Shown: positions 26,326 through 39,312 of the stretch, in pieces | How the letters are laid out: each line of letters starts with the position of its first letter | Position numbering within the stretch: position 1 is the stretch's first letter | Source: Auanema rhodensis | Lineage: Eukaryota > Animalia > Nematoda | Assembly (NCBI GenBank): GCA_964057225.1 | Contig: OZ059894.1 | Coordinates: forward strand, 18,662,001-18,726,000 | Length of the DNA: 64,000 nt | Reading direction: 5' to 3' | Notes under the pieces: model-generated | Seen by the model: the letters and a program-made list of their open reading frames with translations, nothing else | What the model was told of the DNA's origin: nothing | Database searches by the model: none | Program-made: the position numbers and the translations under genes

Positions 26326-29300
26326 TTTCCATGTACACTCAACATTGCTTCCAAAAACATTTTGACAAAAATTTTTTCGAAAAATTTCAAAATAATTTAG
26401 CAAAAAGTAGATGTTTTTAGATTCCTTTTTTCAAGGCAAAGACGATGGACAATGTTATTCAACGAAAAAATTAATTCTTCAGGGTGAAAATCGAGGATAT
26501 AAGTGTAAACTTATATCAGTTGATATCTCGGTGCATTTTTAAGCTAGCGCAAATCTGATAACACAGATCGACGCAGCTTAAAAATCCGCATCGAATGCAC
26601 TATACTACATTGAGAAACGCTTAATACAAAAATTAGTTATGATCGTTTGAAAAATGATGCATTAGTGTATGTTGAGTTTCCATGTACACTCAACATTGCT
26701 TCCAAAAACATTTTGACAAAAATTTTTTCGAAAAATTTCAAAATAATTTAGCAAAAAGTAGATGTTTTTAGATTCCTTTTTTCAAGGCAAAGACGATGGA
26801 CAATGTTATTCAACGAAAAAATTAATTCTTCAGGGTGAAAATCGAGGATATAAGTGTAAACTTATATCAGTTGATATCTCGGTGCATTTTTAAGCTAGCG
26901 CAAATCTGATAACACAGATCGACGCAGCTTAAAAATCCGCATCGAATGCACTATACTACATTGAGAAACGCTTAATACAAAAATTAGTTATGATCGTTTG
27001 AAAAATGATGCATTAGTGTATGTTGAGTTTCCATGTACACTCAACATTGCTTCCAAAAACATTTTGACAAAAATTTTTTCGAAAAATTTCAAAATAATTT
27101 AGCAAAAAGTAGATGTTTTTAGATTCCTTTTTTTAAGGCGAAGACGATGGACAATGTTATTCAACGAAAAAATTAATTCTTCAGGGTGAAAATCGAGGAT
27201 ATAAGTGTGAACTTATATCAGTTGATATCTCGGTGCATTTTTAAGCTAGCGCAAATCTGATAACACAGATCGACGCAGCTTAAAAATCCGCATCGAATGC
27301 ACTATACTACATTGAGAAACGCTTAATACAAAAATTAGTTATGATCGTTTGAAAAATGATGCATTAGTGTATGTTGTGTTTCCATGTACACTCAACATTG
27401 CTTCCAAAAACATTTTGACAAAAATTTTTTCGAAAAATTTCAAAATAATTTAGCAAAAAGTAGATGTTTTTAGATTCCTTTTTTTAAGGCAAAGACGATG
27501 CACAATGTTATTCAACGAAAAAATTAATTCTTCAGGGTGAAAATCGAGGATATAAGTGTAAACTTATATCAGTTGATATCTCGGTGCATTTTTAAGCTAG
27601 CGCAAATCTGATAACACAGATCGACGCAGCTTAAAAATCCGCATCGAATGCACTATACTACATTGAGAAACGCTTAATACAAAAATTAGTTATGATCGTT
27701 TGAAAAATGATGCATTAGTGTATGTTGTGTTTCCATGTACACTCAACATTGCTTCCAAAAACATTTTGACAAAAATTTTTTCGAAAAATTTCAAAATAAT
27801 TTAGCAAAAAGTAGATGTTTTTAGATTCCTTTTTTCAAGGCAAAGACGATGGACAATGTTATTCAACGAAAAAATTAATTCTTCAGGGTGAAAATCGAGG
27901 ATATAAGTGTGAACTTATATCAGTTGATATCTCGGTGCATTTTTAAGCTAGCGCAAATCTGATAACACAGATCGACGCAGCTTAAAAATTCGCATCGAAT
28001 GCACTATACTACATTGAGAAACGCTTAATACAAAAATTAGTTATGATCGTTTGAAAAATGATGCATTAGTGTATGTTGAGTTTCCATGTACACTCAACAT
28101 TGCTTCCAAAAACATTTTGACAAAAATTTTTTCGAAAAATTTCAAAATAATTTAGCAAAAAGTAGATGTTTTTAGATTCCTTTTTTCAAGGCAAAGACGA
28201 TGGACAATGTTATTCAACGAAAAAATTAATTCTTCAGGGTGAAAATCGAGGATATAAGTGTAAACTTATATCAGTTGATATCTCGGTGCATTTTTAAGCT
28301 AGCGCAAATCTGATAACACAGATCGACGCAGCTTAAAAATCCGCATCGAATGCACTATACTACATTGAGAAACGCTTAATACAAAAATTAGTTATGATCG
28401 TTTGAAAAATGATGCATTAGTGTATGTTGAGTTTCCATGTACACTCAACATTGCTTCCAAAAACATTTTGACAAAAATTTTTTCGAAAAATTTCAAAATA
28501 ATTTAGCAAAAAGTAGATGTTTTTAGATTCCTTTTTTCAAGGCAAAGACGATGGACAATGTTATTCAACGAAAAAATTAATTCTTCAGGGTGAAAATCGA
28601 GGATATAAGTGTGAACTTATATCAGTTGATATCTCGGTGCATTTTTAAGCTAGCGCAAATCTGATAACACAGATCGACGCAGCTTAAAAATTCGCATCGA
28701 ATGCACTATACTACATTGAGAAACGCTTAATACAAAAATTAGTTATGATCGTTTGAAAAATGATGCATTAGTGTATGTTGAGTTTCCATGTACACTCAAC
28801 ATTGCTTCCAAAAACATTTTGACAAAAATTTTTTCGAAAAATTTCAAAATAATTTAGCAAAAAGTAGATGTTTTTAGATTCCTTTTTTCAAGGCAAAGAC
28901 GATGGACAATGTTATTCAACGAAAAAATTAATTCTTCAGGGTGAAAATCGAGGATATAAGTGTAAACTTATATCAGTTGATATCTCGGTGCATTTTTAAG
29001 CTAGCGCAAATCTGATAACACAGATCGACGCAGCTTAAAAATCCGCATCGAATGCACTATACTACATTGAGAAACGCTTAATACAAAAATTAGTTATGAT
29101 CGTTTGAAAAATGATGCATTAGTGTATGTTGAGTTTCCATGTACACTCAACATTGCTTCCAAAAACATTTTGACAAAAATTTTTTCGAAAAAATTCAAAA
29201 TAATTTAGCAAAAAGTAGATGTTTTTAGATTCCTTTTTTCAAGGCAAAGACGATGGACAATGTTATTCAACGAAAAAATTAATTCTTCAGGGTGAAAATC

Positions 29301-32300
29301 GAGGATATAAGTGTAAACTTATATCAGTTGATATCTCGGTGCATTTTTAAGCTAGCGCAAATCTGATAACACAGATCGACGCAGCTTAAAAATCCGCATC
29401 GAATGCACTATACTACATTGAGAAACGCTTAATACAAAAATTAGTTATGATCGTTTGAAAAATGATGCATTAGTGTATGTTGTGTTTCCATGTACACTCA
29501 ACATTGCTTCCAAAAACATTTTGACAAAAATTTTTTCGAAAAATTTCAAAATAATTTAGCAAAAAGTAGATGTTTTTAGATTCCTTTTTTCAAGGCAAAG
29601 ACGATGAACAATGTTATTCAACGAAAAAATTAATTCTTCAGGGTGAAAATCGAGGATATAAGTGTGAACTTATATCAGTTGATATCTCGGTGCATTTTTA
29701 AGCTAGCGCAAATCTGATAACACAGATCGACGCAGCTTAAAAATCCGCATCGAATGCACTATACTACATTGAGAAACGCTTAATACAAAAATTAGTTATG
29801 ATCGTTTGAAAAATGATGCATTAGTGTATGTTGAGTTTCCATGTACACTCAACATTGCTTCCAAAAACATTTTGACAAAAATTTTTTCGAAAAATTTCAA
29901 AATAATTTAGCAAAAAGTAGATGTTTTTAGATTCCTTTTTTCAAGGCTAAGACGATGGACAATGTTATTCAACGAAAAAATTAATTCTTCAGGGTGAAAA
30001 TCGAGGATATAAGTGTGAACTTATATCAGTTGATATCTCGGTGCATTTTTAAGCTAGCGCAAATCTGATAACACAGATCGACGCAGCTTAAAAATCCGCA
30101 TCGAATGCACTATACTACATTGAGAAACGCTTAATACAAAAATTAGTTATGATCGTTTGAAAAATGATGCATTAGTGTATGTTGTGTTTCCATGTACACT
30201 CAACATTGCTTCCAAAAACATTTTGACAAAAATTTTTTCGAAAAATTTCAAAATAATTTAGCAAAAAGTAGATGTTTTTAGATTCCTTTTTTTAAGGCAA
30301 AGACGATGCACAATGTTATTCAACGAAAAAATTAATTCTTCAGGGTGAAAATCGAGGATATAAGTGTGAACTTATATCAGTTGATATCTCGGTGCATTTT
30401 TAAGCTAGCGCAAATCTGATAACACAGATCGACGCAGCTTAAAAATTCGCATCGAATGCACTATACTACATTGAGAAACGCTTAATACAAAAATTAGTTA
30501 TGATCGTTTGAAAAATGATGCATTAGTGTATGTTGAGTTTCCATGTACACTCAACATTGCTTCCAAAAACATTTTGACAAAAATTTTTTCGAAAAATTTC
30601 AAAATAATTTAGCAAAAAGTAGATGTTTTTAGATTCCTTTTTTCAAGGCAAAGACGATGGACAATGTTATTCAACGAAAAAATTAATTCTTCAGGGTGAA
30701 AATCGAGGATATAAGTGTAAACTTATATCAGTTGATATCTCGGTGCATTTTTAAGCTAGCGCAAATCTGATAACACAGATCGACGCAGCTTAAAAATCCG
30801 CATCGAATGCACTATACTACATTGAGAAACGCTTAATACAAAAATTAGTTATGATCGTTTGAAAAATGATGCATTAGTGTATGTTGAGTTTCCATGTACA
30901 CTCAACATTGCTTCCAAAAACATTTTGACAAAAATTTTTTCGAAAAATTTCAAAATAATTTAGCAAAAAGTAGATGTTTTTAGATTCCTTTTTTCAAGGC
31001 AAAGACGATGGACAATGTTATTCAACGAAAAAATTAATTCTTCAGGGTGAAAATCGAGGATATAAGTGTAAACTTATATCAGTTGATATCTCGGTGCATT
31101 TTTAAGCTAGCGCAAATCTGATAACACAGATCGACGCAGCTTAAAAATCCGCATCGAATGCACTATACTACATTGAGAAACGCTTAATACAAAAATTAGT
31201 TATGATCGTTTGAAAAATGATGCATTAGTGTATGTTGAGTTTCCATGTACACTCAACATTGCTTCCAAAAACATTTTGACAAAAATTTTTTCGAAAAATT
31301 TCAAAATAATTTAGCAAAAAGTAGATGTTTTTAGATTCCTTTTTTTAAGGCGAAGACGATGGACAATGTTATTCAACGAAAAAATTAATTCTTCAGGGTG
31401 AAAATCGAGGATATAAGTGTGAACTTATATCAGTTGATATCTCGGTGCATTTTTAAGCTAGCGCAAATCTGATAACACAGATCGACGCAGCTTAAAAATC
31501 CGCATCGAATGCACTATACTACATTGAGAAACGCTTAATACAAAAATTAGTTATGATCGTTTGAAAAATGATGCATTAGTGTATGTTGTGTTTCCATGTA
31601 CACTCAACATTGCTTCCAAAAACATTTTGACAAAAATTTTTTCGAAAAATTTCAAAATAATTTAGCAAAAAGTAGATGTTTTTAGATTCCTTTTTTTAAG
31701 GCAAAGACGATGCACAATGTTATTCAACGAAAAAATTAATTCTTCAGGGTGAAAATCGAGGATATAAGTGTGAACTTATATCAGTTGATATCTCGGTGCA
31801 TTTTTAAGCTAGCGCAAATCTGATAACACAGATCGACGCAGCTTAAAAATCCGCATCGAATGCACTATACTACATTGAGAAACGCTTAATACAAAAATTA
31901 GTTATGATCGTTTGAAAAATGATGCATTAGTGTATGTTGTGTTTCCATGTACACTCAACATTGCTTCCAAAAACATTTTGACAAAAATTTTTTCGAAAAA
32001 TTTCAAAATAATTTAGCAAAAAGTAGATGTTTTTAGATTCCTTTTTTCAAGGCAAAGACGATGGACAATGTTATTCAACGAAAAAATTAATTCTTCAGGG
32101 TGAAAATCGAGGATATAAGTGTGAACTTATATCAGTTGATATCTCGGTGCATTTTTAAGCTAGCGCAAATCTGATAACACAGATCGACGCAGCTTAAAAA
32201 TCCGCATCGAATGCACTATACTACATTGAGAAACGCTTAAAACAAAAATTAGTTATGATCGTTTGAAAAATGATGCATTAGTGTATGTTGAGTTTCCATG

Positions 32301-35300
32301 TACACTCAACATTGCTTCCAAAAACATTTTGACAAAAATTTTTTCGAAAAATTTCAAAATAATTTAGCAAAAAGTAGATGTTTTTAGATTCCTTTTTTCA
32401 AGGCTAAGACGATGGACAATGTTATTCAACGAAAAAATTAATTCTTCAGGGTGAAAATCGAGGATATAAGTGTGAACTTATATCAGTTGATATCTCGGTG
32501 CATTTTTAAGCTAGCGCAAATCTGATAACACAGATCGACGCAGCTTAAAAATCCGCATCGAATGCACTATACTACATTGAGAAACGCTTAATACAAAAAT
32601 TAGTTATGATCGTTTGAAAAATGATGCATTAGTGTATGTTGTGTTTCCATGTACACTCAACATTGCTTCCAAAAACATTTTGACAAAAATTTTTTCGAAA
32701 AATTTCAAAATAATTTAGCAAAAAGTAGATGTTTTTAGATTCCTTTTTTTAAGGCAAAGACGATGCACAATGTTATTCAACGAAAAAATTAATTCTTCAG
32801 GGTGAAAATCGAGGATATAAGTGTGAACTTATATCAGTTGATATCTCGGTGCATTTTTAAGCTAGCGCAAATCTGATAACACAGATCGACGCAGCTTAAA
32901 AATCCGCATCGAATGCACTATACTACATTGAGAAACGCTTAATACAAAAATTAGTTATGATCGTTTGAAAAATGATGCATTAGTGTATGTTGTGTTTCCA
33001 TGTACACTCAACATTGCTTCCAAAAACATTTTGACAAAAATTTTTTCGAAAAATTTCAAAATAATTTAGCAAAAAGTAGATGTTTTTAGATTCCTTTTTT
33101 CAAGGCAAAGACGATGGACAATGTTATTCAACGAAAAAATTAATTCTTCAGGGTGAAAATCGAAGATATAAGTGTGAACTTATATCAGTTGATATCTCGG
33201 TGCATTTTTAAGCTAGCGCAAATCTGATAACACAGATCGACGCAGCTTAAAAATCCGCATCGAATGCACTATACTACATTGAGAAACGCTTAAAACAAAA
33301 ATTAGTTATGATCGTTTGAAAAATGATGCATTAGTGTATGTTGAGTTTCCATGTACACTCAACATTGCTTCCAAAAACATTTTGACAAAAATTTTTTCGA
33401 AAAATTTCAAAATAATTTAGCAAAAAGTAGATGTTTTTAGATTCCTTTTTTCAAGGCTAAGACGATGGACAATGTTATTCAACGAAAAAAATAATTCTTC
33501 AGGGTGAAAATCGAGGATATAAGTGTGAACTTATATCAGTTGATATCTCGGTGCATTTTTAAGCTAGCGCAAATCTGATAACACAGATCGACGCAGCTTA
33601 AAAATCCGCATCGAATGCACTATACTACATTGAGAAACGCTTAATACAAAAATTAGTTATGATCGTTTGAAAAATGATGCATTAGTGTATGTTGTGTTTC
33701 CATGTACACTCAACATTGCTTCCAAAAACATTTTGACAAAAATTTTTTCGAAAAATTTCAAAATAATTTAGCAAAAAGTAGATGTTTTTAGATTCCTTTT
33801 TTTAAGGCGAAGACGATGGACAATGTTATTCAACGAAAAAATTAATTCTTCAGGGTGAAAATCGAGGATATAAGTGTGAACTTATATCAGTTGATATCTC
33901 GGTGCATTTTTAAGCTAGCGCAAATCTGATAACACAGATCGACGCAGCTTAAAAATCCGCATCGAATGCACTATACTACATTGAGAAACGCTTAATACAA
34001 AAATTAGTTATGATCGTTTGAAAAATGATGCATTAGTGTATGTTGTGTTTCCATGTACACTCAACATTGCTTCCAAAAACATTTTGACAAAAATTTTTTC
34101 GAAAAATTTCAAAATAATTTAGCAAAAAGTAGATGTTTTTAGATTCCTTTTTTTAAGGCAAAGACGATGCACAATGTTATTCAACGAAAAAATTAATTCT
34201 TCAGGGTGAAAATCGAGGATATAAGTGTGAACTTATATCAGTTGATATCTCGGTGCATTTTTAAGCTAGCGCAAATCTGATAACACAGATCGACGCAGCT
34301 TAAAAATCCGCATCGAATGCACTATACTACATTGAGAAACGCTTAATACAAAAATTAGTTATGATCGTTTGAAAAATGATGCATTAGTGTATGTTGAGTT
34401 TCCATGTACACTCAACATTGCTTCCAAAAACATTTTGACAAAAATTTTTTCGAAAAATTTCAAAATAATTTAGCAAAAAGTAGATGTTTTTAGATTCCTT
34501 TTTTCAAGGCAAAGACGATGGACAATGTTATTCAACGAAAAAATTAATTCTTCAGGGTGAAAATCGAGGATATAAGTGTGAACTTATATCAGTTGATATC
34601 TCGGTGCATTTTTAAGCTAGCGCAAATCTGATAACACAGATCGACGCAGCTTAAAAATCCGCATCGAATGCACTATACTACATTGAGAAACGCTTAAAAC
34701 AAAAATTAGTTATGATCGTTTGAAAAATGATGCATTAGTGTATGTTGAGTTTCCATGTACACTCAACATTGCTTCCAAAAACATTTTGACAAAAATTTTT
34801 TCGAAAAATTTCAAAATAATTTAGCAAAAAGTAGATGTTTTTAGATTCCTTTTTTCAAGGCAAAGACGATGGACAATGTTATTCAACGAAAAAATTAATT
34901 CTTCAGGGTGAAAATCGAGGATATAAGTGTGAACTTATATCAGTTGATATCTCGGTGCATTTTTAAGCTAGCGCAAATCTGATAACACAGATCGACGCAG
35001 CTTAAAAATCCGCATCGAATGCACTATACTACATTGAGAAACGCTTAAAACAAAAATTAGTTATGATCGTTTGAAAAATGATGCATTAGTGTATGTTGAG
35101 TTTCCATGTACACTCAACATTGCTTCCAAAAACATTTTGACAAAAATTTTTTCGAAAAATTTCAAAATAATTTAGCAAAAAGTAGATGTTTTTAGATTCC
35201 TTTTTTCAAGGCTAAGACGATGGACAATGTTATTCAACGAAAAAATTAATTCTTCAGGGTGAAAATCGAGGATATAAGTGTGAACTTATATCAGTTGATA

Positions 35301-38300
35301 TCTCGGTGCATTTTTAAGCTAGCGCAAATCTGATAACACAGATCGACGCAGCTTAAAAATCCGCATCGAATGCACTATACTACATTGAGAAACGCTTAAT
35401 ACAAAAATTAGTTATGATCGTTTGAAAAATGATGCATTAGTGTATGTTGTGTTTCCATGTACACTCAACATTGCTTCCAAAAACATTTTGACAAAAATTT
35501 TTTCGAAAAATTTCAAAATAATTTAGCAAAAAGTAGATGTTTTTAGATTCCTTTTTTTAAGGCAAAGACGATGCACAATGTTATTCAACGAAAAAATTAA
35601 TTCTTCAGGGTGAAAATCGAGGATATAAGTGTGAACTTATATCAGTTGATATCTCGGTGCATTTTTAAGCTAGCGCAAATCTGATAACACAGATCGACGC
35701 AGCTTAAAAATCCGCATCGAATGCACTATACTACATTGAGAAACGCTTAATACAAAAATTAGTTATGATCGTTTGAAAAATGATGCATTAGTGTATGTTG
35801 TGTTTCCATGTACACTCAACATTGCTTCCAAAAACATTTTGACAAAAATTTTTTCGAAAAATTTCAAAATAATTTAGCAAAAAGTAGATGTTTTTAGATT
35901 CCTTTTTTCAAGGCAAAGACGATGGACAATGTTATTCAACGAAAAAATTAATTCTTCAGGGTGAAAATCGAGGATATAAGTGTGAACTTATATCAGTTGA
36001 TATCTCGGTGCATTTTTAAGCTAGCGCAAATCTGATAACACAGATCGACGCAGCTTAAAAATCCGCATCGAATGCACTATACTACATTGAGAAACGCTTA
36101 AAACAAAAATTAGTTATGATCGTTTGAAAAATGATGCATTAGTGTATGTTGAGTTTCCATGTACACTCAACATTGCTTCCAAAAACATTTTGACAAAAAT
36201 TTTTTCGAAAAATTTCAAAATAATTTAGCAAAAAGTAGATGTTTTTAGATTCCTTTTTTCAAGGCTAAGACGATGGACAATGTTATTCAACGAAAAAAAT
36301 AATTCTTCAGGGTGAAAATCGAGGATATAAGTGTGAACTTATATCAGTTGATATCTCGGTGCATTTTTAAGCTAGCGCAAATCTGATAACACAGATCGAC
36401 GCAGCTTAAAAATCCGCATCGAATGCACTATACTACATTGAGAAACGCTTAATACAAAAATTAGTTATGATCGTTTGAAAAATGATGCATTAGTGTATGT
36501 TGTGTTTCCATGTACACTCAACATTGCTTCCAAAAACATTTTGACAAAAATTTTTTCGAAAAATTTCAAAATAATTTAGCAAAAAGTAGATGTTTTTAGA
36601 TTCCTTTTTTTAAGGCAAAGACGATGCACAATGTTATTCAACGAAAAAATTAATTCTTCAGGGTGAAAATCGAGGATATAAGTGTGAACTTATATCAGTT
36701 GATATCTCGGTGCATTTTTAAGCTAGCGCAAATCTGATAACACAGATCGACGCAGCTTAAAAATCCGCATCGAATGCACTATACTACATTGAGAAACGCT
36801 TAATACAAAAATTAGTTATGATCGTTTGAAAAATGATGCATTAGTGTATGTTGTGTTTCCATGTACACTCAACATTGCTTCCAAAAACATTTTGACAAAA
36901 ATTTTTTCGAAAAATTTCAAAATAATTTAGCAAAAAGTAGATGTTTTTAGATTCCTTTTTTCAAGGCAAAGACGATGGACAATGTTATTCAACGAAAAAA
37001 TTAATTCTTCAGGGTGAAAATCGAGGATATAAGTGTGAACTTATATCAGTTGATATCTCGGTGCATTTTTAAGCTAGCGCAAATCTGATAACACAGATCG
37101 ACGCAGCTTAAAAATCCGCATCGAATGCACTATACTACATTGAGAAACGCTTAAAACAAAAATTAGTTATGATCGTTTGAAAAATGATGCATTAGTGTAT
37201 GTTGAGTTTCCATGTACACTCAACATTGCTTCCAAAAACATTTTGACAAAAATTTTTTCGAAAAATTTCAAAATAATTTAGCAAAAAGTAGATGTTTTTA
37301 GATTCCTTTTTTCAAGGCTAAGACGATGGACAATGTTATTCAACGAAAAAAATAATTCTTCAGGGTGAAAATCGAGGATATAAGTGTGAACTTATATCAG
37401 TTGATATCTCGGTGCATTTTTAAGCTAGCGCAAATCTGATAACACAGATCGACGCAGCTTAAAAATCCGCATCGAATGCACTATACTACATTGAGAAACG
37501 CTTAAAACAAAAATTAGTTATGATCGTTTGAAAAATGATGCATTAGTGTATGTTGAGTTTCCATGTACACTCAACATTGCTTCCAAAAACATTTTGACAA
37601 AAATTTTTTCGAAAAATTTCAAAATAATTTAGCAAAAAGTAGATGTTTTTAGATTCCTTTTTTCAAGGCAAAGACGATGGACAATGTTATTCAACGAAAA
37701 AATTAATTCTTCAGGGTGAAAATCGAGGATATAAGTGTGAACTTATATCAGTTGATATCTCGGTGCATTTTTAAGCTAGCGCAAATCTGATAACACAGAT
37801 CGACGCAGCTTAAAAATTCGCATCGAATGCACTATACTACATTGAGAAACGCTTAATACAAAAATTAGTTATGATCGTTTGAAAAATGATGCATTAGTGT
37901 ATGTTGAGTTTCCATGTACACTCAACATTGCTTCCAAAAACATTTTGACAAAAATTTTTTCGAAAAATTTCAAAATAATTTAGCAAAAAGTAGATGTTTT
38001 TAGATTCCTTTTTTCAAGGCAAAGACGATGGACAATGTTATTCAACGAAAAAATTAATTCTTCAGGGTGAAAATCGAGGATATAAGTGTGAACTTATATC
38101 AGTTGATATCTCGGTGCATTTTTAAGCTAGCGCAAATCTGATAACACAGATCGACGCAGCTTAAAAATTCGCATCGAATGCACTATACTACATTGAGAAA
38201 CGCTTAATACAAAAATTAGTTATGATCGTTTGAAAAATGATGCATTAGTGTATGTTGAGTTTCCATGTACACTCAACATTGCTTCCAAAAACATTTTGAC

Positions 38301-39312
38301 AAAAATTTTTTCGAAAAATTTCAAAATAATTTAGCAAAAAGTAGATGTTTTTAGATTCCTTTTTTCAAGGCAAAGACGATGGACAATGTTATTCAACGAA
38401 AAAATTAATTCTTCAGGGTGAAAATCGAGGATATAAGTGTAAACTTATATCAGTTGATATCTCGGTGCATTTTTAAGCTAGCGCAAATCTGATAACACAG
38501 ATCGACGCAGCTTAAAAATCCGCATCGAATGCACTATACTACATTGAGAAACGCTTAATACAAAAATTAGTTATGATCGTTTGAAAAATGATGCATTAGT
38601 GTATGTTGAGTTTCCATGTACACTCAACATTGCTTCCAAAAACATTTTGACAAAAATTTTTTCGAAAAATTTCAAAATAATTTAGCAAAAAGTAGATGTT
38701 TTTAGATTCCTTTTTTCAAGGCAAAGACGATGGACAATGTTATTCAACGAAAAAATTAATTCTTCAGGGTGAAAATCGAGGATATAAGTGTAAACTTATA
38801 TCAGTTGATATCTCGGTGCATTTTTAAGCTAGCGCAAATCTGATAACACAGATCGACGCAGCTTAAAAATCCGCATCGAATGCACTATACTACATTGAGA
38901 AACGCTTAATACAAAAATTAGTTATGATCGTTTGAAAAATGATGCATTAGTGTATGTTGTGTTTCCATGTACACTCAACATTGCTTCCAAAAACATTTTG
39001 ACAAAAATTTTTTCGAAAAATTTCAAAATAATTTAGCAAAAAGTAGATGTTTTTAGATTCCTTTTTTCAAGGCAAAGACGATGAACAATGTTATTCAACG
39101 AAAAAATTAATTCTTCAGGGTGAAAATCGAGGATATAAGTGTGAACTTATATCAGTTGATATCTCGGTGCATTTTTAAGCTAGCGCAAATCTGATAACAC
39201 AGATCGACGCAGCTTAAAAATCCGCATCGAATGCACTATACTACATTGAGAAACGCTTAATACAAAAATTAGTTATGATCGTTTGAAAAATGATGCATTA
39301 GTGTATGTTGAG

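Larger units (their letters stand above)
11233..39312. repeat. Haplotype domain 2 (M33-112), no indels
   Basis: Variants T60A, C107T, A113G/T, G123C/A, G182A and A350T. G116A, A233T and G245A are absent. Confidence 0.85.
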
